From Spirochaetia bacterium (lineage in GTDB: Bacteria > Spirochaetota > Spirochaetia > SZUA-6 > Bin103), in the NCBI GenBank assembly GCA_965203515.1, contig OZ241907.1, positions 32,001 to 96,000 on the forward strand: DNA of 64,000 nucleotides, read 5' to 3'. This document shows positions 39,100 through 47,012 of the stretch, piece after piece. Numbering within the stretch: the first letter of the stretch is position 1; each line of letters begins with the position of its first letter. Under the pieces are notes generated by a model. The model was not told the DNA's origin and searched no databases. It saw only the letters and a program-made list of their open reading frames with translations. The position numbers and the translations under genes were made by a program.

Positions 39100-39402
39100 A
39101 TGACGTTGCCGCGCCAGTCAGAGCAACCGGCCGCCCGGGTGACGAAGCTGTGTGACACCTTGAACGTCACTCCGCCAGGACTACTGATTCAGATGGAGCG
39201 AGAAGTATGGCAGGACCTCGACACGGGCTTGTATGTGTCGCATTGCAACCCGCTTGACGTATGTTCGCAGGGAGATTCCGAGGAAGAGGCGGTCCAGAAT
39301 CTGAACGAAGCAATCCAGATTTTCCTTTCAACCTGCTACGAAATGGGAACTTTGAACGAAGTTCTCATGGATTGTGGATTGTCAAAGGAGATCGAATCAT
39401 GA
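39100..39402 (+). CDS. HicB-like antitoxin (N-terminal domain only)
   Basis: GLYVSHCNPLDVCSQGDSEEEAVQNLNEAIQIFL matches the HicB partial RNase H fold pattern; no HicA nearby; start uncertain. Confidence 0.72.
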   Translation: MTLPRQSEQPAARVTKLCDTLNVTPPGLLIQMEREVWQDLDTGLYVSHCNPLDVCSQGDSEEEAVQNLNEAIQIFLSTCYEMGTLNEVLMDCGLSKEIES

Positions 39403-39611
39403 ACAAGCAGCCCGTATCGTCATCGACGGTCAGATCGATAGGGTATGACCGCCAGACCGAGACGCTTGAGATCGAGTTCGGGAGCGGCCGCGTGTACCAG
39501 TACTATGGCGTTCCGGACCGTTTGCACGTCGAGATCATGCAGGCGCCATCGAAGGGGCAGTTCTTCAATACTTACATCAGGGATCAATATCCGTATTCAC
39601 GGGTGGGGTGA
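39399..39611 (+). CDS. KTSC domain protein
   Basis: PVSSSTVRSIGYD...TLEIEF..GRVYQYYGVP...APSKGQFFNTYIRDQY; AAGGAG SD; ATGA overlap with the HicB-like stop. Confidence 0.92.
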   Translation: MNKQPVSSSTVRSIGYDRQTETLEIEFGSGRVYQYYGVPDRLHVEIMQAPSKGQFFNTYIRDQYPYSRVG

Positions 39612-39625
39612 CCGGCGAGTGATCG

Positions 39626-40834
39626 ATGACGATCGAATGGCCTGAGGTCGAGCGGCGCATCGCCGCCGGGGAGGACGACCGTACCGAGTTCAAGCGCGGG
39701 ATCGGGGACCTGCGCGCGGTCGCCCGGACGTTGTGCGCGTTCGCCAACGGCGCCGGCGGGCTGCTCGTGATCGGCGTCGATGACCGCGGCGCGGTCGCCG
39801 GCGTGGCCGCGGATGCCGAAGCGGTGCAGGAACGGCTGACCGGGCTGCTGCACACCGCCTGCGGCAAGCCGGTCACCGCGCGCTGCGGCCGGCGCGACAC
39901 CGGCGCCGGCTGGGTGCACTGGATCGCCGTGCATCGCCATCAGCGCGGCTACGAGCCGTTCGCGTACGACGGCCGCTTCTGGATCCGACGCGGCCGCGCC
40001 ACCGTCGCCCCGTCGCCGTCCGAGCTGCAGGAGCTGTTCAACGCCTTCGGGTTCGTGCTCACCGAGCGGCAGATCATCCCCTCGGCGACGGTCGAGGAGA
40101 TCGACTTCGGCGCCGTGCGCTCCTTCATGCGGGCGCAGGGCCTCGATACCGAGCGCGAGCCGCAGCCGGCGCGCGCGGACGACCTGCGCAACGCCAGCGT
40201 CGCCGACGAGCTGGACGGCGCGTTGCGCCCCACGCTGTACGGCGCGATGGTGTTCGGGCGCGACCCGCAGGCGTACCCCCACACCCTGAACCTGTTCGTG
40301 CAGTGCGTCCGCTACGGCGGCCTCGACCAGGCAGCCGAGGTGCTGAGCGCGGGCGAGGGCAAGGGCCGCCTGGAAGATCAGGTGACGCGCGCCATGGGAT
40401 GGTTTCGCAGCCTGGGCCGGCGCGAGGTCTACGAGGGCCTCTACCGCCGCGACCTGCCGCTGCTGCCGGAAGACGCGCTGCGCGAGGCGCTGGTCAACGC
40501 CGTCATCCACCGCGACTACGCCCTCACCGGGTCGCCGGTCCTGCTGGAAGTGTTCGACGACCGCATCGCGGTGACCAGCCCCGGCGCGCTGCCCAACCAC
40601 ATGACGGTGCAGCAGGCTCGCCTGGGCGGCGCGCCGCGATCCCGCAACGAGATGATGGCCAACGCCATGGTGGTGCGCCGGCTGATGGAGCGGCGCGGGC
40701 GCGGCTGGTTGATGATGCGCCACGCCATGCGGCGCTTCAACGGGACCGAGCCGGCGCTCCACAACGACGAGCGCGACCGCTTCGTGCGGGTGACGTTCGA
40801 TCTGCGGCCGGCTCCCGCGGCAGGCGGCGCGTGA
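39626..40834 (+). CDS. Second Schlafen/AlbA_2 + HATPase_c_4 protein
   Basis: GEDDRTEFKR, AFANGAGG, GVDD; REALVNAVIHRDY, DRIAVTSPG, SRNE, MERRGRG; ends with no C-terminal extension. Confidence 0.87.
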   Translation: MTIEWPEVERRIAAGEDDRTEFKRGIGDLRAVARTLCAFANGAGGLLVIGVDDRGAVAGVAADAEAVQERLTGLLHTACGKPVTARCGRRDTGAGWVHWIAVHRHQRGYEPFAYDGRFWIRRGRATVAPSPSELQELFNAFGFVLTERQIIPSATVEEIDFGAVRSFMRAQGLDTEREPQPARADDLRNASVADELDGALRPTLYGAMVFGRDPQAYPHTLNLFVQCVRYGGLDQAAEVLSAGEGKGRLEDQVTRAMGWFRSLGRREVYEGLYRRDLPLLPEDALREALVNAVIHRDYALTGSPVLLEVFDDRIAVTSPGALPNHMTVQQARLGGAPRSRNEMMANAMVVRRLMERRGRGWLMMRHAMRRFNGTEPALHNDERDRFVRVTFDLRPAPAAGGA

Positions 40835-43224
40835 CGGCCGACGTGACGCCGGGCGCTGCGGCGCCGGGCGTCGAGGCACCGGCCGTCGCGGCGCCGGGCG
40901 TCGAAACGACGCTCGTCGAGGCGCTGGCCGCGGCGCTCGCCGGCGCCGCCCGCTTCAACCCCGATGACGCGGTGCGGCCGGCCGCGGTCCTGTGGACCGA
41001 TCCCGCCGCGCAGTGGCAACCGGTCGTGCCCCACCTGCGCCGGTTCGCGCCGCACCTGCTGGCGCTCGGCGAGTACGCTCCCGAGCAGCGCACCGGGCCG
41101 TCGATCTGGCTGCGCTGCGTAATCGAGCGGACGCTGGACGCGCCCCGCATCCCTGCCGAGGCGGCCCCGATCCTCTATCTGCCCGGCGTGAGCCGCCAGC
41201 AGCTCGGCGCGGCGCAGACCTGCCCTCGGCGCCTGCAGCCGCTGGTGGAACTGCAGTACCGCGGCGTCTGCTGGACGCAGAAGAACGGCCGCGACTGGAC
41301 GGTGGAGGCATTCCTCACCTCCCGGACCGGCGGCCTGGGGCTGGACGTGGCCCGGGATGCCGCGACGCGGCAGGCCATGCTGCGCGCCCTGGCGGAGTTG
41401 GCGCTCGCGCCGCTGCCGGCGTTGCGCGGCCGGCGCCTGGACGCGCAGGACTTCGACGGTCTGTTGTCGGATGATCCGATCAAGGACCTGCTGTCCTGGC
41501 TCGGCGACCCGCAGGGCGTCATGACCGGCTGGGAGGCGGCGCGTCGGGACGCCTTTGCCGCGCGCTGCCGCGCCGACTACGACTTCGACCCCGCCGGCGA
41601 CGGCGAGCTGGTCGCCGCCGAGCGGCTCGGCCGGCGCGACGGGCCATGGCAAGCGGTCTGGAACCGGTTCGCCGAGGCGCCGGCGCGGTATCCCGGGGTG
41701 CCGGAACTGCTGCGCCGCGCGCGGCCGGACGACCTGTTCGCGGAGCGCTCGTCGTGGCCGCAGGAGAACGAAGCGGACGAAGCGGCGCTGCGGCGCCGTC
41801 TCGAGGCCTGCGCCGGCCGCTCGCCCGCCGCCGCGCGCGCCGAGCTCCGCGCGCTCGAACAGGAGCACGGCCAACGCCGCGGCTGGGTGTGGGCCGCGCT
41901 CGGGCAGGCGCCGCTGGCGTACGCGCTGGAGCACCTGGCGCTGATCGCCGCGCGCACCGCGGAGCAGCTCGGCGGGGCGTCGGCCGCCGAGCTGGCCCGC
42001 GGCTACGCGGCCGGCGCGTGGCAGGTCGATGCCGCCGCGCTGGCCGCGATGGAGGCGGTGAAGTCCGCCGCCGACCGGAAGGCGGTGGGCGCGGCGTTGC
42101 AGGCCGTCTATCTGCCGTGGCTGGAAGCTGCGGCGCGGAGGCTGCAGGCGCTGGCCGAGCAGGAGCCGCGCGCCCTCCGCGACCCGCCGGAGCGCTACGC
42201 CGCGCGCGACCAACCCGGTACGGCGATCCTGTTCGCCGACGGCCTGCGGTTCGACGTGGCGCAGCGGCTGGCCGCGCGCCTGCGCGCCGACGGCCGCACG
42301 GTGCGGGTGGAGACGCGCTGGGCGGCGCTGCCGACCGTCACCGCCACCGCCAAGCCGGCGGTCGCTCCGGTTGCCGAACAGATCGCCGGCGTCTCCCCGG
42401 GCGAGGAGTTCCGGCCGGCAGGCGCGGACGACGGCCGCCCGTTGACCGCCGCCCGGTTCCGCAAGCTCCTGGACGCCGCCGGCTACCGGTACCTCGCCGC
42501 GGACGAGACCGGCGACCCGGCGGGCCGCGCCTGGACCGAACACGGCCAGCTCGACCGGCTGGGCCACTCGCTGCAGGCCGGGATCGCCGCCGGCCTCGAC
42601 GACCAGCTCGGCCTGCTGCGCGAGCGCGCCGGAGCGCTGCTGGACGCCGGCTGGCGCGAGGTGCGGGTGGTGACCGATCACGGCTGGCTGTGGCTGCCCG
42701 GCGGCCTGCCCAAGGTCGACCTGCCCCGCTACCTCACCGCCACCCGCTGGGCGCGATGCGCGGCCATCGCCGGCGATTCCGCCGTCGAGACGCCGGTCGT
42801 GGCGTGGCATTGGAACGCCGGCGAACGGATCGCGGTGCCTCCCGGCGTCGCCTGCTTCACCGCCGGCTGTGAGTACGCGCACGGCGGGGTGAGCCTCCAG
42901 GAGAGCCTGATTCCGGTCTTGCGGGTCGCGGCCGGCGCGGGCGCCGCCCCTGCGCCCACCGCCATCACCGCGCTATCCTGGGTCGGGCTGCGCTGCCGGG
43001 TGCGCATCGCCGCGCCGCCGCCGGGCGCGGCCGTCGACCTGCGCACGCGGGTGGCCGACGCCGCGGCGAGCATCGACCGGGCGCGGCCGGTCGACGCGCA
43101 GGGAGCGGCGAGCCTGCTGGTGGCGGACGACGAGCTGGAAGGCGCCTCGGCCGTGGTGGTGGTGCTGGACGCCGGCGGCCGGGTCGTGGCGCGGCAATCG
43201 ACCATTGTCGGGGGCGGAGATTGA
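40831..43224 (+). CDS. pglZ: BREX phosphatase/phosphodiesterase PglZ (type B-like)
   Basis: VLWTD, TGPSIWLRC, ELQYRG, FADGLRFD, PTVTATAK, VTDHGWL, YAHGGVSLQE; GTGA overlap with the upstream stop. Confidence 0.92.
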   Translation: MTADVTPGAAAPGVEAPAVAAPGVETTLVEALAAALAGAARFNPDDAVRPAAVLWTDPAAQWQPVVPHLRRFAPHLLALGEYAPEQRTGPSIWLRCVIERTLDAPRIPAEAAPILYLPGVSRQQLGAAQTCPRRLQPLVELQYRGVCWTQKNGRDWTVEAFLTSRTGGLGLDVARDAATRQAMLRALAELALAPLPALRGRRLDAQDFDGLLSDDPIKDLLSWLGDPQGVMTGWEAARRDAFAARCRADYDFDPAGDGELVAAERLGRRDGPWQAVWNRFAEAPARYPGVPELLRRARPDDLFAERSSWPQENEADEAALRRRLEACAGRSPAAARAELRALEQEHGQRRGWVWAALGQAPLAYALEHLALIAARTAEQLGGASAAELARGYAAGAWQVDAAALAAMEAVKSAADRKAVGAALQAVYLPWLEAAARRLQALAEQEPRALRDPPERYAARDQPGTAILFADGLRFDVAQRLAARLRADGRTVRVETRWAALPTVTATAKPAVAPVAEQIAGVSPGEEFRPAGADDGRPLTAARFRKLLDAAGYRYLAADETGDPAGRAWTEHGQLDRLGHSLQAGIAAGLDDQLGLLRERAGALLDAGWREVRVVTDHGWLWLPGGLPKVDLPRYLTATRWARCAAIAGDSAVETPVVAWHWNAGERIAVPPGVACFTAGCEYAHGGVSLQESLIPVLRVAAGAGAAPAPTAITALSWVGLRCRVRIAAPPPGAAVDLRTRVADAAASIDRARPVDAQGAASLLVADDELEGASAVVVVLDAGGRVVARQSTIVGGGD

Positions 43225-45275
43225 GACTCACACTCGATGACCTGGACCGGCGCGCGGCGCAGGTGTTCGACGGGTATCTGGTACGCAAGGACCTGGTGCG
43301 CAAGTACAGCCGCCAGTATCCGGTGCCCACTTACGTCGTCGAGTTTCTGCTCGGCCGCTACTGCGCCACCACCGACGAGCGGGAGATCGAGGAGGGGCTG
43401 GAGATCGTCGAGCGGCAGCTTGCCGACCGCACGGTGCGCACCGGCGAGGAGGAGCTGGTCAAGGCGCGGGCGCGCGACCGCGGCTCCATCAAGCTGATCG
43501 ACCTGGTCAAGGCGCGCCTGGACGCGCGCACCGACTCGCTGCTGGCCGAGCTTCCCGCGCTGGCGATTCGGGACGCCCGCATCGACGACGATCTGGTGCG
43601 GCGGCACGAGCGCATGCTCACCGACGGCTTCTACGCCGAGGTCACCCTGAGCTACGACGCGGCCATCGCGCAGGAGAAGAACGGGCGCCCGTTCGCGGTC
43701 GATGCCGTGCGCGCCATTCAGCTTTCGCAGGCCGACGTCCTGGACACCCTGCAGCGCGCCCGCCGCGAGCTCGACAGCGGCCAATGGCGGCGTCTGCTGT
43801 TGCGCAGCGTCGGCCTGGAGCCGGCCACGCTCAGCGCGCGGGCGCAGTTGGTCGCGCTGGTGCGGATGGCGCCGTTCGTGGAGCGCAACTACAACCTGGT
43901 GGAGCTGGGGCCGCGCGGCACCGGCAAGAGCCACCTGTTCCAGCAGGTCTCCCCCTACGCCCATCTGATTTCCGGGGGCAAGGCGACGGTGGCGAAGATG
44001 TTCGTCAACAACGCCACCGGCCAGCGGGGGCTGGTCTGCCAGTACGACGTGGTCTGCTTCGACGAGATTTCCGGCGTCTCCTTCGATCAGAAGGACGGCG
44101 TGAACATCCTCAAGGGGTACATGGAATCGGGCGAGTTTTCGCGCGGCAAGGAGAGCATCCGCGCGGACGGCGGCGTGGTGATGGTCGGCAATCTCGATGC
44201 CGACGCCGCGCAGCAGCAACGCGCCGGCCACCTGTTCAGCCCGCTGTCCGCGGACCTGCGCGACGACACCGCGTTCATGGATCGCATTCACGCCTACGTG
44301 CCGGGCTGGGACTTCCCCAAGCTCGATCCGCGCGCGCACTTCACCGATCACTTCGGACTGGTCAGCGACTTCCTGGCGGAGTGCTGGAGCCGGCTGCGCG
44401 CCGGCAGCCGCGTCCCGGCGCTGCAGGGCCGGGTGCACTTCGGCGGCGCGCTCAGCGGGCGCGACCTCACCGCGGTCAACAAGACGGTGAGCGGTCTGCT
44501 CAAGCTGCTCTACCCGGACCCGGCGATGCCGGTGCCGGACGAGGAGCTGGAAGATCTGGTGCGCATCGCCCTGGAAGTGCGCCGCCGCGTCAAGGAGCAG
44601 CAGAAGCGGGTGTTCAAGAGCGAGTTCCGCAACACCCACTTCAGTTACGCCCTGGGAGAGGCCGGGATCGAACGGTTCGTTTCCACGCCGGAGCTGGGCA
44701 GCGACGATGCCATCGACCCGGATCCGCTGCCGCCGGGTCAGGTGTGGGGCATCGGCCCCGGCGGGCCGGAGACCGGCCCGGCGCTCTACCGCATCGAGGC
44801 GACGGTCGGCCCGGGCAGCGGCGTCCGCATCCTCAACGCCCCGGTACCGCCGGCGTTCCGCGAGAGCACCCGCTACGCCGAGCAGAACCTGTACGCCCGC
44901 GCGCGCGAACTGGTCGGCGACCGCGACCCGCGCGCCCACGAGTTCTCGGTGCAGCTCCGCGCCATGGACCACGACCGCTCCGGCGCGGCGATCGGGCTGC
45001 CGGCGCTGCTGGCGCTGTGCGGCGCGCTGCTGGAGCAGAGCCTCAAGGGCGGCCTGATCGTGGTCGGCGGGCTCAACCTGGGCGGATCGGTCGAACCGCT
45101 CGCCAATGCGGTCGGAATCGTCGAGGCGGCGGTCGAGAAGGGCGCCGGCACGGTGCTGCTCCCCGTTTCGGCTCGCCGGCGCCTGTTCGACCTCTCCGAC
45201 GACATGGCCACGCGCGTCAATCTGCAGTTCTACGGCGACGCGCCCGACGCCCTGTTCAAGGCTCTGCTGGAATAG
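43221..45275 (+). CDS. brxL: Lon-related BREX protein BrxL
   Basis: LVRKDL, VPTYVVEFLLGRYC, ELGPRGTGKSH, FDE, KGYMESGEFSRG, AFMDRIH, RRRVKEQ, Lon-like C-terminal domain; TTGA overlap with pglZ. Confidence 0.93.
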   Translation: MRLTLDDLDRRAAQVFDGYLVRKDLVRKYSRQYPVPTYVVEFLLGRYCATTDEREIEEGLEIVERQLADRTVRTGEEELVKARARDRGSIKLIDLVKARLDARTDSLLAELPALAIRDARIDDDLVRRHERMLTDGFYAEVTLSYDAAIAQEKNGRPFAVDAVRAIQLSQADVLDTLQRARRELDSGQWRRLLLRSVGLEPATLSARAQLVALVRMAPFVERNYNLVELGPRGTGKSHLFQQVSPYAHLISGGKATVAKMFVNNATGQRGLVCQYDVVCFDEISGVSFDQKDGVNILKGYMESGEFSRGKESIRADGGVVMVGNLDADAAQQQRAGHLFSPLSADLRDDTAFMDRIHAYVPGWDFPKLDPRAHFTDHFGLVSDFLAECWSRLRAGSRVPALQGRVHFGGALSGRDLTAVNKTVSGLLKLLYPDPAMPVPDEELEDLVRIALEVRRRVKEQQKRVFKSEFRNTHFSYALGEAGIERFVSTPELGSDDAIDPDPLPPGQVWGIGPGGPETGPALYRIEATVGPGSGVRILNAPVPPAFRESTRYAEQNLYARARELVGDRDPRAHEFSVQLRAMDHDRSGAAIGLPALLALCGALLEQSLKGGLIVVGGLNLGGSVEPLANAVGIVEAAVEKGAGTVLLPVSARRRLFDLSDDMATRVNLQFYGDAPDALFKALLE

Positions 45276-45295
45276 ACGGGATAGTCGATGACGAT

Positions 45296-46006
45296 ATGAT
45301 GATGTCTGCCGTGCGAAAGACCTGGACGTTGGTGATCCTGGCCGCCTTGCTGGCCGGTTGCAGCAACGACAGCGCCGATGTCGCCGACGTCACCGTGATC
45401 GCTACCTCGGGCGCCGCGTCGATCAAGGGGGAGGTCTGGGCCGACAACTGGTTTGCCTTCTATCTGGGCGAACGCCTGATCATCGAGGACTCGACGCCGA
45501 TCACGACGGAGCGCTCGTTCAATGCCGAGGCGTTCGTCTTCAACGCCGATTACCCATTGCAACTCAATTTCGTCGCCAAGGACTTCAAGCAGGACGATAC
45601 CGGTCTGGAATACATCGGCCGCCGCAACCAGCAGATGGGCGATGGCGGACTCATCGCGCAGTTCACGGATACCGCCACCGGAGCGACGGTCGCCGTCACG
45701 AATGCTTCGTGGCGATGCCTGGTGATTCACGAGGCGCCGCTCGACCGCGCCTGCGAAGGCGCGGCCGAACCGGTGGCCGGCGTCAGCCCATGCCGTTTTG
45801 CGGCGCTGGCCGAGCCGGATGGCTGGCGCCTGCCTGGATTCGACGACGCCGAATGGCCGTCAGCGGTGGAGTACAGCGCAGCCGAAGTGAGACCGAAGGA
45901 TGGCTATGAGGCGATCGAATGGCAGGACGAGGCGCGGTTGATCTGGACCGCCGATCTCGAGACGCACAACACGTTGCTGTGCCGCCTCACCGTCGACCAA
46001 CCCTGA
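45296..46006 (+). CDS. Predicted lipoprotein of unknown function (beta-sandwich-like)
   Basis: Lipobox LLAGC; VWADNWF, ERSFNAE, QQMGDGG, FDDAEWPSA, ARLIW motifs. Confidence 0.72.
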   Translation: MMMSAVRKTWTLVILAALLAGCSNDSADVADVTVIATSGAASIKGEVWADNWFAFYLGERLIIEDSTPITTERSFNAEAFVFNADYPLQLNFVAKDFKQDDTGLEYIGRRNQQMGDGGLIAQFTDTATGATVAVTNASWRCLVIHEAPLDRACEGAAEPVAGVSPCRFAALAEPDGWRLPGFDDAEWPSAVEYSAAEVRPKDGYEAIEWQDEARLIWTADLETHNTLLCRLTVDQP

Positions 46007-46025
46007 CGGCGGCGGCGCCAGGGGC

Positions 46026-46514
46026 CTAGGGGGCCGAGCCCCAGCGCCAGCCGGGCAGCGCGGCGGCCTGCCGGATCCACGCCGCCATCTGCGCCTCGTC
46101 GAACTTGCCCTCGTAGATGTCGATCCAGCGCGCGTCCTTGTCCTTGCCCGCTCCGGGCGGAACCGGCTGCAGCAACGCGCCCTGGAAGAACGTCACCTTG
46201 ACGTAGCGGGTAAAGACGTGGAACGACACGAACCAGCCCTGGCCGTCGATGCCGTAGAAGGGCGAGTTCCAGCGCACCGCCTTCCGTACTTCCGGCGCAT
46301 TGCGCGCGATCAGCTCGTCGAGGCGGCGCCCAAGGCCGCTCTTCCAGCCCGGCATCGCCGCGAGGTACGCCTGCACGGGAGCATCCCCGTCCCCCTTCGC
46401 AATCTGCGGGTTGCCCCCCGACAGCAGAACCGGCTCCCCACCGGCCGGTCCGGCAGCGGCCGTTTGCGCGGTCTCCTTCACGTTCCGGGCCGTCCTGCCG
46501 GCCACCGCGTCCAT
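46026..46514 (-). CDS. DUF1801 (YdhG-like) protein
   Basis: LLSGGNPQIAKGDGDAPVQAY, MPGWK, KAVRWNSPFYG, KVTFFQG. Confidence 0.8.
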   Translation of the reverse strand: MDAVAGRTARNVKETAQTAAAGPAGGEPVLLSGGNPQIAKGDGDAPVQAYLAAMPGWKSGLGRRLDELIARNAPEVRKAVRWNSPFYGIDGQGWFVSFHVFTRYVKVTFFQGALLQPVPPGAGKDKDARWIDIYEGKFDEAQMAAWIRQAAALPGWRWGSAP

Positions 46515-46518
46515 GGTG

Positions 46519-47001
46519 CTAGGCCGACTTCGCGCGTTCACGGTAGTAGTCGCGTATCAGCTCGTTGGGGATGATCGCTCCCTCGCCGTATGTTCGATAT
46601 ACGAGGTCCCACGGCGTTCCCGGTCGATGCGTGATGTCGGACAGGTCGAACGCAGTGTAGCTACGATACGCTTCGACCACTTCCTCGATCAGACTCTGCT
46701 GAGAGTCGCTGAATCGGTCGGTTCGATCGATCGGCTCAGCAGTAACAGCATCCCCACCGAACGACTTGTAACGATGGTAGATGTTTGGAATCACGGGACC
46801 GTAACGCCATGCCTCTACCGCATCGTAGACGAGAGCCTTGCCGTTCAGACCCAGCATCCAGCCATGGGCCAGGAAGGTCAGCTTGAGCAGGTGCATCGGC
46901 GTCGTGTCGATCTCGCGGCGCAGCCACAGAATCTGCTCGGCCACCTGGGTGGCGGGGCGACTCTCGGTCGTCCTGCTCACACGCTCCTTGCTTTTGGTCA
47001 T
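46519..47001 (-). CDS. Panacea/DUF4065 (SocA-like) antitoxin-domain protein
   Basis: TPMHLLKLTFLAHG, EAWRYGPV, LSDITHRPGTPW, IPNELIRDYY; lower GC than flanks. Confidence 0.9.
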   Translation of the reverse strand: MTKSKERVSRTTESRPATQVAEQILWLRREIDTTPMHLLKLTFLAHGWMLGLNGKALVYDAVEAWRYGPVIPNIYHRYKSFGGDAVTAEPIDRTDRFSDSQQSLIEEVVEAYRSYTAFDLSDITHRPGTPWDLVYRTYGEGAIIPNELIRDYYRERAKSA

Positions 47002-47012
47002 CCTTTACACGG

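Noticed and set aside
40303..40830. N-terminal extension of the 973-aa pglZ ORF
   Set aside because: It overlaps the AlbA_2 gene in another frame and is low-complexity Arg/Pro/Gly; the GTG at 40831 overlapping the upstream stop is the more plausible start.
43784..45295. Apparent 740-aa ORF fusing brxL-overlapping sequence to the lipoprotein
   Set aside because: Only the last ~236 aa, starting at a signal peptide and lipobox, look protein-like; the rest is an alternate frame of brxL.
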